64,000 bases of DNA from the human T2T-CHM13v2.0 reference genome, Homo sapiens (GCF_009914755.1 NC_060930.1), one strand, 5' to 3'; shown: positions 41,293-58,529, numbered from the stretch's first letter. Notes: generated by a model from the letters alone, not told the origin. A program made the numbers and translations.

Positions 41293-43145
41293 CTATATAA
41301 TCTTTTGAAGGAGACAAGGAATAACATATAAAACAAGTGAAGAAAAAAGAAAACACTGACAAAATATAGAGTAATGCCTTATAACATGGTAAATTGACCA
41401 TAATCAAAGACTGTACTCTATGATACAGACAACATCCTCCACTGGACATTAAAGATTTTAGATTAAAAGCAATGGTCTGCTTGTATAAATTTTATTATTA
41501 AATCATTAAATTGCAATAAAGAATTCCTTCAGGTAAAGACTCTTTTAATACACTATTTAATAAAAATAAAAGCAGATTATATGCTCTATAATGATTATTC
41601 ATTATTAAAAATGTTTTGTCCTGAATATATTCACTCATGCCAATCAAAAATCCCTGTAACAAAGTCCAAAATTTTCTATTTTTGGTTTTCAAAACTACAG
41701 TAACTGCAATTATTATTTATAAACACACAATGAATATTAACTTTTCTTTATTACATTTCTGGTGGAGTAATGCAAATGAATCACCTTTGAAAACAAGAGA
41801 CACATTGAATTTTCACAGGGCCTTAGGAGACACATAACATTTCATTAGATTACTTAATTATCAGAAAGTTACCACCAACAGAATAAATGGTAGCATCCCA
41901 GTCCACTAAAAAACGTGTTTTTTATCTCAAAAATGCCATAGACAGGATTAAAAAAGCAATTACTTGTCACTTCTGCAAAGATTGTAATATTCAACTTACT
42001 TTAAATGGAAGATTTTTCTAAGGGTTAGAAAATTAGCTGCTAAATAGGTCACAGCTTTTGCAAGCAATTCATTTTTGTTCGAAATATTATCAATCAGTTG
42101 AAAAAGGTAAAGGACTTCTATGATGTTATCTCGGATTTGGCAGAATTTAATTTTTGTCTGTCCATTTCTATTTATGATTGTATTTACAGGTGTCATTCAA
42201 TCATTGTTTCACTCACTCATTGAGGAAGACTCACTATGTCCTTCAGTATTAAATATTCATTTTCACTAATACACTAATTGAATCTTAATATAAAAAACCA
42301 TGCAGAATTATAGTGTGAAATAAAAAAATTGCTTTTCTTTAAAATGTTTCTAATTGTATCTGTTTTGCTTTAGACATACAGCAATTTCCTGTTTTTATTA
42401 AGACTACTTTTAAACTTTTATCCATATGTGAAATCATCATATGGAATCTGTCCTACAATCACACTATTTCCCCAACTCATTCATTTACAATCACCCAGAT
42501 GGCTAGTTTTTGCCTTTTCTTTCCTCAAAATTATATTGCCTTCCTTTTTATTAAGAAAAGAATAGCTCTAAGAATTCCCACGAGTCACACAACTAAATAC
42601 CAGAGGTGAGGAGTCTGTGTTCCTCTGGGAGGCCAACACATGGGGAGAGGTGTTAGAGTCCATTGCCCCAACATACTCAAGGGCATTACTCCTCCATTCT
42701 CTTTTCATTTTTTCATATCAAGTTGTTGTTTCTACTGTATCATTTTCATCAGCATATAAACATATCGTTATTTTGCTCATTTTAGAATGAAAGTCATTTA
42801 TCATGTCTCTGCTACCTCAGTAATCCACTACCATCAGTGATCGTGTCCTGCTTCTCTTAATGCATCACGAGCTTCCTCTTAACCTCAAGGAAAAAGACAA
42901 ACATCTCATCGGGTTGCTGTCTACCTCTTCAGCTTCAGCTCTTCCACTCTAAGTTCCTGCCATTCTGAATTCACTTCTTTCTACTCACTCTGCTCCTGAG
43001 ATTTCATACCAGCTGTGCCACCAACTGGTACACACTTTCCTGTGCCTGCCTTCCACCCTACTCCTGTCTACCCTCTTTCCTGTCGCCTGGCTGCCCCTCA
43101 GGCATCTTTTGGGCCTTGGCTGACACAGCACTTTTGCAGGGATCT

Positions 43146-43526
43146 TGATATGGTTTGGCTCTGTGTCCCCACCCAAATCTCACCTTGAATTGTAGTTCCC
43201 ATAATCCCAACATGTCACGGGAACGACCAGGTAGAGATAACTGAATCATGGGGGTGGTTTCCCCCAACTTGTTCTCTGTGATAGTGAGTGAGTTCTCACA
43301 AGATCCGATGGTTTTATAAGGGGCTTCCCTCTTCTCTGGGCATTCATTCTTCTCCCTCCTGCCACGATGTGAAGAAGGACATGTTTGCTTCCCCTTCCAC
43401 TATGATTGTAAGTTTCCTGAGGCCTCCCCACACATGCGGAACTGTGAGTTAATTGAACCTCTTTCCTTTATAAATTACCCAGTCTCAAGTATGTCTTTAT
43501 TAGCAGCATGAGAATGGACTAATACA
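43146..43526 (+). mobile_element. THE1C-like solo LTR
   Basis: TGATATGGTTTGGCTCTGTGTCCCCACCC...GGACTAATACA; 5-bp TSD GATCT on both sides. Confidence 0.93.
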
Positions 43527-43579
43527 GATCTGATCCTCCAGCTAGATTAGTGCCCTACTCATGTGTGTGCCCTTCTCTA

Positions 43580-43720
43580 TCAGCCTGTCCAAGTAGTAGA
43601 GTGAACATTCTGTAAGGTGAGGACTTTACCTCATTTACCACTGTATTCCTGGCACTTAACACAGGACATGGCATGTCAGGCAGTCAAAAAGTATTTGTAT
43701 TTGAATGGATAAATGAAGAA
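43580..43720 (+). mobile_element. L2 3' end
   Basis: CTGTATTCCTGGCACTTAACACAG...TTGAATGGATAAATGAA. Confidence 0.65.
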
Positions 43721-44229
43721 TTGAGGACATTCAATACTGTTCAATAAATATTAGCAGACAATTCAGCTGAAGAAACAAAGTTTGTAATAAAAATCTAGAA
43801 GTTTGGTTGTGAAACATGACTTATAAACTCAGATTATACAGGCTAGTATAATTTCTAATATTTAAAACTTTTAAATGTAAAAGCTATAAAAAACACTTCT
43901 TTCTTAACTAAAGGGAAATGCAAAGTTTTCACCTTGTTTTCCAAAATTATTTCATATGGATTGATTGAAACAGTGGTGGGACATCAAAATTAATAAAATT
44001 TTACAGCCTTCAAATGTCTGATTTCCTAAAATTTTCCCTTTTTATGGCAGGTCTCCTCTCTTGAATTTCACCTGTAGGATTTTATCTCCCTTTATTTTAT
44101 GAGAAAACACTTCTTTTCTTTTTTTAAAAAATTTTGTAACGCAATTTTAAATTTCAATTTCTTGAGCTTTATACATGTTAGTTGTAAGCAAAATACTCCC
44201 ATCTTAGATCAGAGCTTTTATTTCAGTGC

Positions 44230-44517
44230 ATAGTTGTGATAGGAAGTGACCCTGAGCGCCTCATTTAAAATAAAAATCTTCTCACTGTGTCCCTCCCGTT
44301 TGTCCTGGTCCTGGCCTCTCTCATCACCCAGCTTTATTGTCTTCCATGGCAATTATCACCATTGGGTCGTTTTGCCATTGACTCCTTAGTGCCTGTCTCT
44401 TGTGTTAGAATATAAGCCACATGTGGGCAAGTGTCTCGTCTGTGTTTCTCACCAGTATATACCAAAGTGCCTTGTATGTTATGGAGACTTGATTAAATAC
44501 TACATGAGTGAATGAAT
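44230..44517 (+). mobile_element. L2 3' end
   Basis: CTTCCATGGCAATTATCACC...TAGAATATAAGCCACATG...TGAGTGAATGAAT. Confidence 0.65.
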
Positions 44518-45093
44518 CTTCTAGTTATTTGATCAAAAAAGCTACCTAACCATGTGCCTTCTGCCTGATAATAAAATGTTATCATTTTAAAGTTTTCTTC
44601 TTTTTCAAAAGTAAAGTAGGTATACCATCCATTGAGGTTAGCAAAAGGCTAGCATGTTAAATACCCACTTCACTTCTGTAAGTAAGAAAAAGCTCTGAGC
44701 TCCTCCATAAAGCCACTTCGCTTTCTGCGTTCTTTGAACTGTATTTTAATAAAAAGTCACCATTATGCAAAAAAAAAAAATGCATTTGAACTACTGGCAT
44801 CTTACACTTTTTCTCTTCTGGAAGGCTAACACTTGAAACTACTTGAAGAGAAGTAGCTAAACTATGAAAAGTCACTGAAAATCATTTCTAGGAAATAGAA
44901 AATTTGCCTTTTGCTCCTTGTTCTGATTTCACAAATGTAAATTGATTTCACAAATCAGTTTTGAAATCTGAATTGATTTCATAAATCTGATTAAAAAGAA
45001 TAAGAATTTTATTTTTTGTTTTTAAATATAAGATTTATGTCCATCAGTAAGTCTTTATTCATGTTCAATGCTATTTGTTTATGTAAATAACAT

Positions 45094-45431
45094 TGCTATG
45101 GTCTGAATGTTTTTTTTCTCCCAAATCCATATGCTGAAAATCTAATCATCAGCACAATGACATTAGAAAGTGGGGTATCTGGGAGGTGATTAGATTATGA
45201 GGGTGGAGTCTTCATGAATGAGGTCTGTGCCCTTATAAAAGAGGCTGTAGAGAGCTAGCTAGCCACTTCCACCATGTGAGGTCAGTGAGAAGCCATCATA
45301 CATAAGTCAGATAGTAGGCCTTCACTAGACACCAAATCTGCCAGTACCTTGCTCTTGAACTTGTCGGGCTCCCCAAATGTGAGAAATAAATAAATAATAA
45401 ATATGTCATAGCAGTCAAATGGACTAAAACA
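45094..45431 (+). mobile_element. MLT1A/MST-type MaLR LTR
   Basis: TGCTATGGTCTGAATGT...GGGAGGTGATTAG..ATGAGGGTGGAG...GTGCCCTTATAAAAGAGG...GGACTAAAACA. Confidence 0.85.
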
Positions 45432-46456
45432 ACCACATATTTTAAATCATTGTCCACCAATACAGGAAGACATTTTTTAATGTTCTGAAAGTAATTTCAC
45501 TTCTAACCCACAGTCAGCTACATATTGACTATCATTAACTGAATAAAAAAGCTTTATCAGAAAGAAAAATACTGTATTCACTTGATTATTTTTTCCATCC
45601 TGTTTTATTTAAACATGTAATTCTCCTCTAAGTGACAAGTCATATTCTTGAAAATCTCAGAACCTCACATCAAATTCTTAGTCCATCTGCCTTTTCTGTA
45701 ATCAGTGAATGACAAATTAATTATACTTTATTTTAGCTGAGTTTTATGTAGACACGGAAAAGCTACTGCCTACTATGAACCTGCTTTAAAAACAATGTGA
45801 AGACTTGGAAGTTTATAGAAATCTAAAATCAAAAAGAGCAGGTCTAATATCCTATATTGGAGATGTTTAGTGCCAAACGGCTCTGTTGTGATGACATTCA
45901 TTTTCCTTTTCCGTGGAAAAAAACTGTGATTTTCAAAGCTTGAGAGACTTTATGGTCAATATCAGATTGCCAACCTTATGAAAATAATTGTCATCATCTT
46001 TGTCCAAACAACTACGTGTCAGAGAGCTACTTCCAGATGTGCTATTCACTTAATACACATATTGTCTAATCCTTACTATATGTGGAAAGTTGATAGTCAT
46101 ACCATTTTTGTTTTAGATGTAAAAGTTAAAAAATTGATAGAGCTGGCCCTAGACTCATCTAAGGCTCTTTTCACAACGCCGGGCTAAAAAGCATCATTGT
46201 GATTTCAGGTAATAACCATCAGGCTAAAATACTCACATACTTCTCAGGCCCAGGAAGGTTACTTAAGTGAGTAAAGCAAAGTAGATGTTGGGTTATTACG
46301 AAGAAGAGCACACAAGGCCCTTGTACAGGGCAGCGACTCCTCAGGTCCCACCAAAGGCTGTCACTTGTGAATGTGCATCTAAGGTTTCTGATTTTGTAAC
46401 TTTTCAGGAAAGGCCAGAAACCTAGATGATTGTGGGTATACAGGCTTATATGTGTG

Positions 46457-46458
<2 letters not shown>

Positions 46459-46498
<40 letters not shown>
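46459..46498. repeat. (CA)n microsatellite (~19 units)
   Basis: Seen directly. Confidence 0.95.
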
Positions 46499-46500
<2 letters not shown>

Positions 46501-48595
46501 TTCTGATTTTGGAAGGCAATCAAAATCATGTTTAAAGAAAGTAATGTGGGAGCCAAATGCAATATACAATAACTGGGGGAATTATGTTGCAACTTCTTTG
46601 TTACATTAAGAAGATTAAAACATTTTGAATAAATTTTAATGAATTTATTATCAGAGCAGATGTTTAAAACTTTTGTGCTAAGTAAGAGTATAATTCAGCC
46701 TCTAGCACCTAATTCATGTTTTCAGATAACACTTTCTATGCATCTTCCTTTTTCTTTGTTTTGTACTTTTTGGACCCCTTAAAAGAATATCACCAGGACT
46801 AAGACTTGTACTAGGAAATCACTTGAGGCATCTTGTAAACAGAAACAAATTTGACATCCTTCTCTCCTGGAGTGAAAGCAACTAAACAGAAGCAAAGCTG
46901 TCTAGACAGAGGTAGAGCAATTTTTCCCTCTATCCCTTATTAGGTGTTGGTTCTCTCAGAGGAACGAAACTGAAGTGGCAAAAAGGACTCTTTCAGTTCA
47001 GTTGTGGCTATGTTTTAAATACGCGCACTTGTAACCTGAGTTATGTTTTAAAACTGATTAGTAAAAGTGACTACATGTATGAAGATGGATAATAAGCGAC
47101 CGCTTTCCATACAGAGTACTTAGTTGTACTGTTTTCTTATCCCCGCTCCGACGCACTTGGGGAGCACACACACTTCTTTTCATGACACTTCAGAGTAAGT
47201 TAGCAAATGAGGCTGACAAATGCATAGTTTTTTTTCCCCTCTGAAATTATGCAACTCTGTGATAATTTAAAGAAAATCTGGTCTGTAGATGAACCAACTG
47301 ACTAAACTCTGTCTAGATATGGAGATATTTTTTGCCACGCCTTGTTAGCTTCCTCTTCCCCAAGTTTTACATTTTTGGATCAAAGTGTGCATTTGTACTT
47401 GGTGCTTTTTATCTCCCTTCTTATCTTTAAAATTTTTATTCCTACTTTGTGTCTTGTTTCTGTCTCATCTGTGGTATATAGAAGTCTCACAGTGAAGCAT
47501 CTCTTTTCTCAAATCTCTTCCCTTTAAACCTTCTAATGATGTCACAAGAAATAAAAAGATAATAAAAACAGCTTAATTCTTAAGTTACTATGCCAAAATT
47601 AAATTGTATCTATTCTAGAGAAATCATGGTGGTTACTGGTGAGATTTAACGTATTTCTTTGTGTTGGAAAACATTTGAAATACAAACTTCAAATTACTAA
47701 ATGGTTAAATACAAGGAAAAAAGAAAATAGCAATTATTAAATAAATAAAAAAAATTTATAACAGTTTTAGCAGAGGTTTATATTAATGTCCAGCTATACA
47801 GTTTGGAGGAATGAAGAATCTTTTCTACCTACCCAACAGAATAGTAAGAAATAATCACACATTGCATGTAATCAGAATTCAGCTGTCAGCTATAATTTTC
47901 TTTATCATTTAGAGAGGAGAAACCAGGAAGCAATAGATATTGTTTCATTAAGAACTGCATATGTGAAATAACTCTTTTAGCTTCTTTAGCTTTCTTCCTT
48001 TGATCTACCATTAACTCCTTATGAGAAAGTAATTAGACAGATTTTTTTTTTAAATTTCACTGGCTCTTTGTGTTTAATATAAGATTTCTTTACAAATTAT
48101 AATAAATTTTGAACTTTTTAATGTTAACTGGAGTTAGCATCTTCAAAATTATTTGTGTATTCTGAAAACAGCAAGAAAATGTGATTACTGAAAATATTTC
48201 TGTAACATACAAAGTAATGAGTTGAGATGGTAATATTAACTGCAAAGAGAATTTTGAAAAAGTGATTATTGTTTTTAGATGGAACAATCATTTAAGTAGT
48301 CCAAATTTGTTTTCTCTTATTTTACTTATTTTTACTTACATTTCATCGCTTTTCAGTCTTCACTTAAACATTTCACCATATAAAGTTCCACAGATGAAAT
48401 TAATCTCATCCTTTTTACCTTGCCAACATACCTCAGTGGTACTCAATTTCTTTATATTTTGTCTCCCTATCTGGTTTTAGCTCAAAGAAAATTTGCATGG
48501 AATTCCAGATTTATGAACTTAAAAAACTAATAGTTCTGATCATCTTTTTACACAGAGATAAACTGGGTTCAATAAGGCCTACATCTCATTGAACT

Positions 48596-48786
48596 AGGGT
48601 TGCAATATTTAGCAAATAAAAATACAAGTGTGAATTTCAGATAATTTTTTAACATATGTATGTCTCAATCGCTTTTTAGTAAAAATATATCCCAAATATT
48701 GCATGGGATATATTATGCTAAAAAGTGATTTGCTGTTCATGTGAGATTCAAATTTAATTGGTCTTGTATTCTTATCTGGCAACTCC
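48596..48786. mobile_element. MER53 palindromic hAT MITE
   Basis: AGGGTTGC..ATTTAGCAAATAAAAATACA...TCCCAAATATTGCATGGGA...TTCAAATTTAA...TATCTGGCAAC. Confidence 0.85.
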
Positions 48787-49469
48787 ACCTTGAGTTGTTT
48801 TGGGCATTAAATCGGATAATTTAGCTGACATGACTGACAAATGGTGGATACCCAACAATTTTTCTTCTTGCCCTATCCTGCGAACTCTTAAAGAAACCTG
48901 TCTTATTGACCTTTAAATCACCAGTGCTTGATTAAAAGCCTGACATATAGTAATAACTTTAGTTATGCATGTAATATAGAATAAATGAACGTGTATGCGT
49001 GCACATGTACACATGTTCAGAAGCTAGTGTTGAGGATTAGTTAGTAGGAAAAGGGGTGGTTTCTATATTAGGAAAGTGTTACATTCCACCTCCCTTTTAT
49101 CAAGATATTTCATCATCTTTTTACTGCTGACCACTACTGTCTAGAATTAAAGACCTAGAAATACCTTGATAGATATTCTTTTTCATACTTCTTTCCTCAG
49201 AGAACATTACAAAAAATCATTGTTAGATAATAATAATGTGTAATATCATTGAAAAACTCTAAAACTGAATGTTTACAGTTTCCCTTATCACTTTCCCACT
49301 ATCAGAACCACAATAACTTAAATTACTTTTGAGCCCTGTTTTGAGAATAGCTGTCATCAGGCACCAGTTAAAAGTTCTATATATGTATATGTGTAAAAAA
49401 ATTATATATAAGTAAGCATAATACATTTATAATGTCTATAAATAAAACATGCATAATGCCATGCTGAAG

Positions 49470-50133
49470 CAGGAGTGAGCAAACAATGGCCACTGGGCCA
49501 AATATGGCCCACCATCTGGTTTTGCATGCCCCACCCATGAGCTAAGAATAGTTTTTATATTTTGGGATGTTTGGGAAAAAAAATCAAAAGAAGAATAACG
49601 TTTTGTGCTTTATGAAAAGTATATGAAATTCGAATTAAGTAACATTGGAAAACAGCCATGTTCATTCATTTACATATTGCCCATGGCTGCTTGACACTAT
49701 GAAATAATCAGCTTCATGTGTCCACTGTGCTACACTATAGTACTCAGTTATTTAATCAAACACCAACCTAGGTGTTGCCGTGAAGGTGTTTTGTAGATAT
49801 GGTTAACATCTGCAATGAATTTACTTTAAGTAAAGGAGATTATCCTCATTAATGTGGGTGGAACTCATTCAATAAGTCAAAGGCCTTAATAAGAAAAGCT
49901 GAGGTTTTCTGGAAAAAAAAAATTCTGCCTTCAGACTATAGCATTAACTACCTGAGTTTCTGGCCTGCTGACTTACCCTATGGATTTTAGACTTGCCAGC
50001 CCCCACAGTTGTGTGGGTCAATTCTTTATACACTACAACAGTAGAATCGAATAATTGCAGCAGAGAATGCATAGCCCACAAAGCTGAAAATATTTACTTT
50101 CTGGTCCTTTACAAAAAAGTTTCCTGACCCCTG
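49470..50133. mobile_element. MER58 (B-like) hAT-Charlie, interrupted by an MLT2 LTR
   Basis: CAGGAGTGAGCAAAC..TGGCC...GAGCTAAGAAT...AAAATATTTACT.TCTGG.CCTTTACA..AAAGTTT.CTGACCCCTG. Confidence 0.85.
49700..50030 (+). mobile_element. MLT2D-like ERVL LTR
   Basis: TCAAACACCAACCTAGGTGTTGCCGTGAAGG...ACTTTAAGTAAAGGAGATTATCCTC; flanked by CACTA. Confidence 0.8.
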
Positions 50134-50789
50134 TGCTAGATACATACTAAATTGGAGCTAAATCATTTTCCTTCCTTTGTCTATACAATTTTGTGTTCAA
50201 TTAATATTTATTGATTCTATGTAATTAATATTTATTGATGCCTATTGCTAGCTACGTAACAATAGCATCAACAAGATAAACTTTCTATTCTGGTGAATCA
50301 AATAGGATGGAGTGGAGACAGATCATGAATGTGGCGACACTGTGAAGGTACCGATAAGTAAGCAGGTGTGCTGAGTGAGCACGCTAGAGAACCATCTAGT
50401 ACAAACAACCCCTCCATAGGAAAGCTAAATGAAACTGTACCCTCAGGGTGAAACATGTATGTGAACTGAACATGCTACTTTGCCTTATGCACTTTAAGTA
50501 AGTACATTTTTGGATATAAGCCTGCTGTACATGTGTTTTGAGCTTCAGAAAGGAAGTTCAGATACTGTCTAACAGAAGTCACCACCACTGTTTCCATGGA
50601 AGGTGGGTAATTATATCAATTAAGCAGTTAGGATGTAGCACAGTATGGTGTGAGGGAGACTGTGAAGTGTCAGAGCATGCAATCTCCAGGCATTGACATT
50701 TACATTGGAAACATTGAGAAAGGCATGGTGCATGCCAAACAAAGCATATTTTCAGGTTTCAAGAGATGCCAATTTAAAATTTCTGAGGT

Positions 50790-50915
50790 AAAACCTAGCT
50801 CTTCTCACTTCATAAATGGGAATTAAAACCCAAAGATCTTATGGGATTTGACTGAAATCTTTCCATTTGTGACAGCGATGAGACTGGAATCCAGGTCTTT
50901 TGGCTCCCACTGCAA
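50790..50915 (-). mobile_element. MIR fragment
   Basis: GAGACTGGAATCCAGGTCTTTTGGCTCCCA. Confidence 0.5.
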
Positions 50916-51537
50916 TTTTCTCTCTTCCTTCTGTGGAGGGCGCCTGAGGATGTGTTAGGGTAGGATCATAAGGTAAGAAAATGGAAGTCAAAATTAGGCT
51001 GGAGAAGAATCTTACCTTCATGAAAGAGTTTATGTCCAAGTAATGCATTAATTATATGTTTAAACATTTTTGTAACTACCTATTATGTCGCTGGCTAGAA
51101 CTATGCCTGGTGTCTTGACGTTTCAAGAAAGCAGGTGAAAAACAGTATCTCATTGTGGTTTCATTTTGTATTTCCCTAATTAATAATAAACACATTTTCA
51201 TACATTTACTGGCCATTAATTTCTACTTCTGAGAAATATCTGTGTTTTGTGTAGTTTTCCATAGTTCCTTTTGTAATATTCTTACTGACTTACAGGAATT
51301 AAAAATATTCTGCATAGTAATCCTTTATCTTTGGTATATATATCTTCTTCCATTCTTGGCTTATCTTTCCACTTTCTTTATGGTGTTAAAGTTCTTAATG
51401 CATTTTTGTCTCATTTATCTTTTTTAAATTGTTACACATTTTTGGTGCCTTGTTTTAAGAAATCCTTCTCTACCTTCACACCATAGGGAAATTTTCTTAT
51501 ATACTCAGCTAAAATAGCCTTATTCTTTTTCATTTTT

Positions 51538-53062
<1,525 letters not shown>

Positions 53063-53524
53063 TAATTGCCCTTGCATAATTTGTTAAACTGTTCATCCTT
53101 GTCCCATTGATCTTTACTGCCAACTCTTCAATAAATCATGTTTCTCTCTGTGTGTGAGTTTGTTTGTACTCTAGGCAGTTTGTTTCACTGGCATCATTTT
53201 TCAATCCATGTGTCAATGCCACATTGTTTTAATTCTTACAGATTTAAAATAATTAATTTCTGGAAACAAAAATCCTCTCACCTTGTTTTACTTATTTAAG
53301 TGTGTTTTGGTTTTTTGTAGAAATTTCTTTCTTCCATATAAATTTTAGAATCAGCTTGTCACATTTTACAAAATAAAATTGAAGTAATTTTGATTGGAAT
53401 TGAATTGAAGCTATAGATAAATTGGGGCAGAATTGAAATATTTACAAGACAGTGTTCCAATTCAATAACTTGACTCTATCTCTGCATATTTAATTATGTG
53501 TCTTACATAGAATGAGTTACTATT

Positions 53525-54385
53525 GTTTTTTCTTTTTTTTTTGGAAACGGAGTCTCCCTCTGTCACCCAGGCTGGAGTGCAGTGGCGTGATCTCGGCTCA
53601 CTACAAGCTCTGCCTCCTGGGTTCATGTCATTCTCCTGCCTCAGCCTCCCCAGTAGCTGAGACTACGGGAGCCTGCCACCATGCCCGGCTAATCTTTTTT
53701 TTTCCTGGTTGTTTATTTATTTATTTTTATTATACTTTAAGTTCTAGGGTACATGTGCACAACCTGCAGGTTTGTTACATATGTATACATGTGCCATGTT
53801 GGTGTACTGCACCCGTTAACTCATCATTTACATTAGGTATATCTCCTAATGCTATCCCTCCTCCCTACCCCCACCCAATGACAGGCCCTGGTGTGTGATG
53901 TTCCCCACCCTGTGTCCAAGTGTTCTCATTGTTCAGTTCCCACCTGTGAATGAGAACATGTGGTGTCTGGTTTTCTGTCCTTGCGTTAGTTTGCTCAGAA
54001 TGGTGGTTTCCAGCTTCATCCATGTCCCTACAAAGGACATGAACTCATCCTTTTTTATGGCTGCGTAGTATTCCATGGTGTATATGTGACACATTTTCTG
54101 AATCCAGTCTATCATTGATGGACATTTGGGTTGGTTCCAAGTCTTTGGTATTGTGAATAGTGCTGCAATAAACATACGTGTGCATGTGTCTTTATAGCAG
54201 CATGATTTATAATCCTTTGGGTAGATACTCAGTAATGGGATGGCTGGGTCAAATGGTATGGTATTTTTAGTAGAGACGGGGTTTCACCACGTAAGCCAGG
54301 ATAGTCTCGACCTTCTGACCTCATGATCTGCCGCCTCAGCCTCCCAAAGTGCTGGGATTACAGACATGAGCCACCACGCCAGGCC
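53525..54385 (-). mobile_element. AluY split at its A-rich linker by an L1PA
   Basis: Right arm 53525-53700, left arm 54261-54385; TSD TTACTAT(T/A)GTTTTT at 53517 and 54387. Confidence 0.9.
53705..54259 (-). mobile_element. L1PA4/5-like 3' end
   Basis: ACAGGCCCTGGTGTGTGATGTTCCCCACCCTGTGTCCAAGTG; ORF 53933-54175 is the ORF2 C-terminus. Confidence 0.92.
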
Positions 54386-55521
54386 ATTACTATAGTTTTT
54401 AACAAAACTTAGTACCTGGAAGAACACACCCCCACCAACCCAACACACATACCTTGTTCTTTATATTCAAGAAGTCTTGTCTATTCTGATATTAATTATT
54501 ACCTTTTAATTTATCTGAGTTTGTCCTGCTATTTTCTACCTTCTCAAGTGGAATGCATAGGTAAGTAACTTTAAAATTTTATCTTTACTAATGTAAACAT
54601 TTAAGGGTGTAAGTTTTCCTGTAGTTACTATTAATAATTTATTTGCATCAAATAAGTTTTTGTGTAAACATCTTATTATTGAGTTCTAAATATATTTTTT
54701 GTTGTAGTTTCTTCCTTGATCTTTCATGACTTACATATTATTGAAAGTGAATTTCTTAATTGCATCAATATATTTTATTACAATTACCTTTTGGTTTTTG
54801 CTTTTTAATATAATTGCATTTTAGTCAGAAAACATGATCTGTATGATATTAGGTTTGCTTTTTAGCCCAGATAATGTTAATTTTCAGGGATATTTCTTGT
54901 GATTAGCAACAACGTATATTCTATGGTGGTTGGGGTCAGTGTTATATATATATCCAAAATATATTGCTTATTAATTTTACTATTCTAATCTATATCCTGA
55001 GGTAATTTTTCTAATTGTTCTGTGAAATACTGAGAAAGGTAAGCTAAAATTTCATAATATAATTGTATTTACTTGATAATAGAGACCTTAAGTCTGTGCA
55101 AGAGTTTGGAAGTTGTACACTGGATTACTATTCTACTTGTGGTTTAAAATTTGCATGCCTAACTCGTGTAACAACACAATGACCTTAAAACATTGCTGCT
55201 TGCAACACTTTTTTTCCTATTATTCTATTATTTTTATATATTTTAATTCTACATTTTACTTCTTTTTAGTCCCACAGGTTTTTGTTGTCTGTATAGTCAA
55301 TATTTGTTTATATTTACTTACATATTTATTTTCTTTAAGCATCACTGTTTTTTGCATATTAGATTATGCAACTGCATCCCTTTCTTCTAGCTAGAAATTT
55401 ATCATTTAAGTTTTTCTTTAGTAAAGATCTACTGGTGACAAACTGTTTTTTTGAGATTATTTTTTAATTTGGTTCTCGATTTAAAAAATGCAATTCAATG
55501 GCTTTCCATTGTTTCTTTTGA

Positions 55522-55812
<291 letters not shown>

Positions 55813-56004
55813 TTTTTTATTACTTTTTGTTGAATTTAAGGTTATTTGTCTTTTTCATTCTATAATATTACTATAATGTTTCTTTATGTGTATGTTTGTG
55901 TGTATGTATAAATAAATTTTTATCCAGAATACCTATTTATTTTCAAATTTAATTGATCATTTAAAATAGTCTCTTGCTTCTTACTCATTTTCTCAGTGTA
56001 TTAA

Positions 56005-57124
<1,120 letters not shown>

Positions 57125-57963
57125 TTGTAATATTTGAAGTCATTAAGAATATTATTGTATTTTTCGTGGCTCCTGTTTGTCTTTACTAGTGGCACTTTTT
57201 TTTTTGCAAGTTTTAAGTGTTTGCTGCTGTAGTTGTCATTATTCTTTATTTTTCCTTGTAAAAGTAATTTCCAAAGATAATATATCACCTAGGTCTCAGG
57301 GCGTGACCAACTTGCAGAGATTCAATAAAAGTTGTTGGCTTCAAATTATTTTTATACTATCTAGGTAGTGTTAATTTGGGCTGAAAACCTATAAAGACTA
57401 GAAGATAGATAATAATTTCTATGAAATATTTTGTTTTTGCATCTACCCTCTGCTGTTGAGAGAGGCGATTTTCTTAGCTAGTGTTTGTGTGTGTGTGTGC
57501 ATTGAAATTTCCAGTTTACCCTTATACTTTTAGCCATGGGATTTCACTTTTATCTGTAGATGGGTAAATCTATTTGGTTCTCCACTGGAAATATGTCCTA
57601 AAATTTATCTCCTGTCCTTAAACATATTTCCCAACAGTTTGAGAAGCTCAAGTTCACTAGTGAAGCAAATTTTATCAGGGTGAAAGGCATTTTTGTGCTC
57701 TGTTTATCTCTTTGAATTCTTAAGTTCACTTAGCTTTTGGCTTCTGTGTATGTTGTTTCCTAGTTCATCAAAATGTCTAACTTATCATTTTGTCAGAAAT
57801 AGTTTCCTCAAATTTCAAAAGTTTTATCTCTACATGGCTTGCTGCTATTTTTTTATTTTTTAGTGCCTAGAGGTTTTATAATGTTCATATTAAAATATAT
57901 ATATTGTACCCCTTATCATTATATGGTATCTCTTTTTAATCTATTTAGTGGTTTTTACTTTAA

Positions 57964-58525
<562 letters not shown>

Positions 58526-58529
58526 TATA

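Noticed and set aside
50199-50239. 17-bp direct repeat AATTAATATTTATTGAT x2 (similar micro-repeats at 25499-25572 and 44923-44992)
   Set aside because: Ordinary slippage micro-duplications in AT-rich DNA; no CRISPR-like repeat-spacer periodicity.
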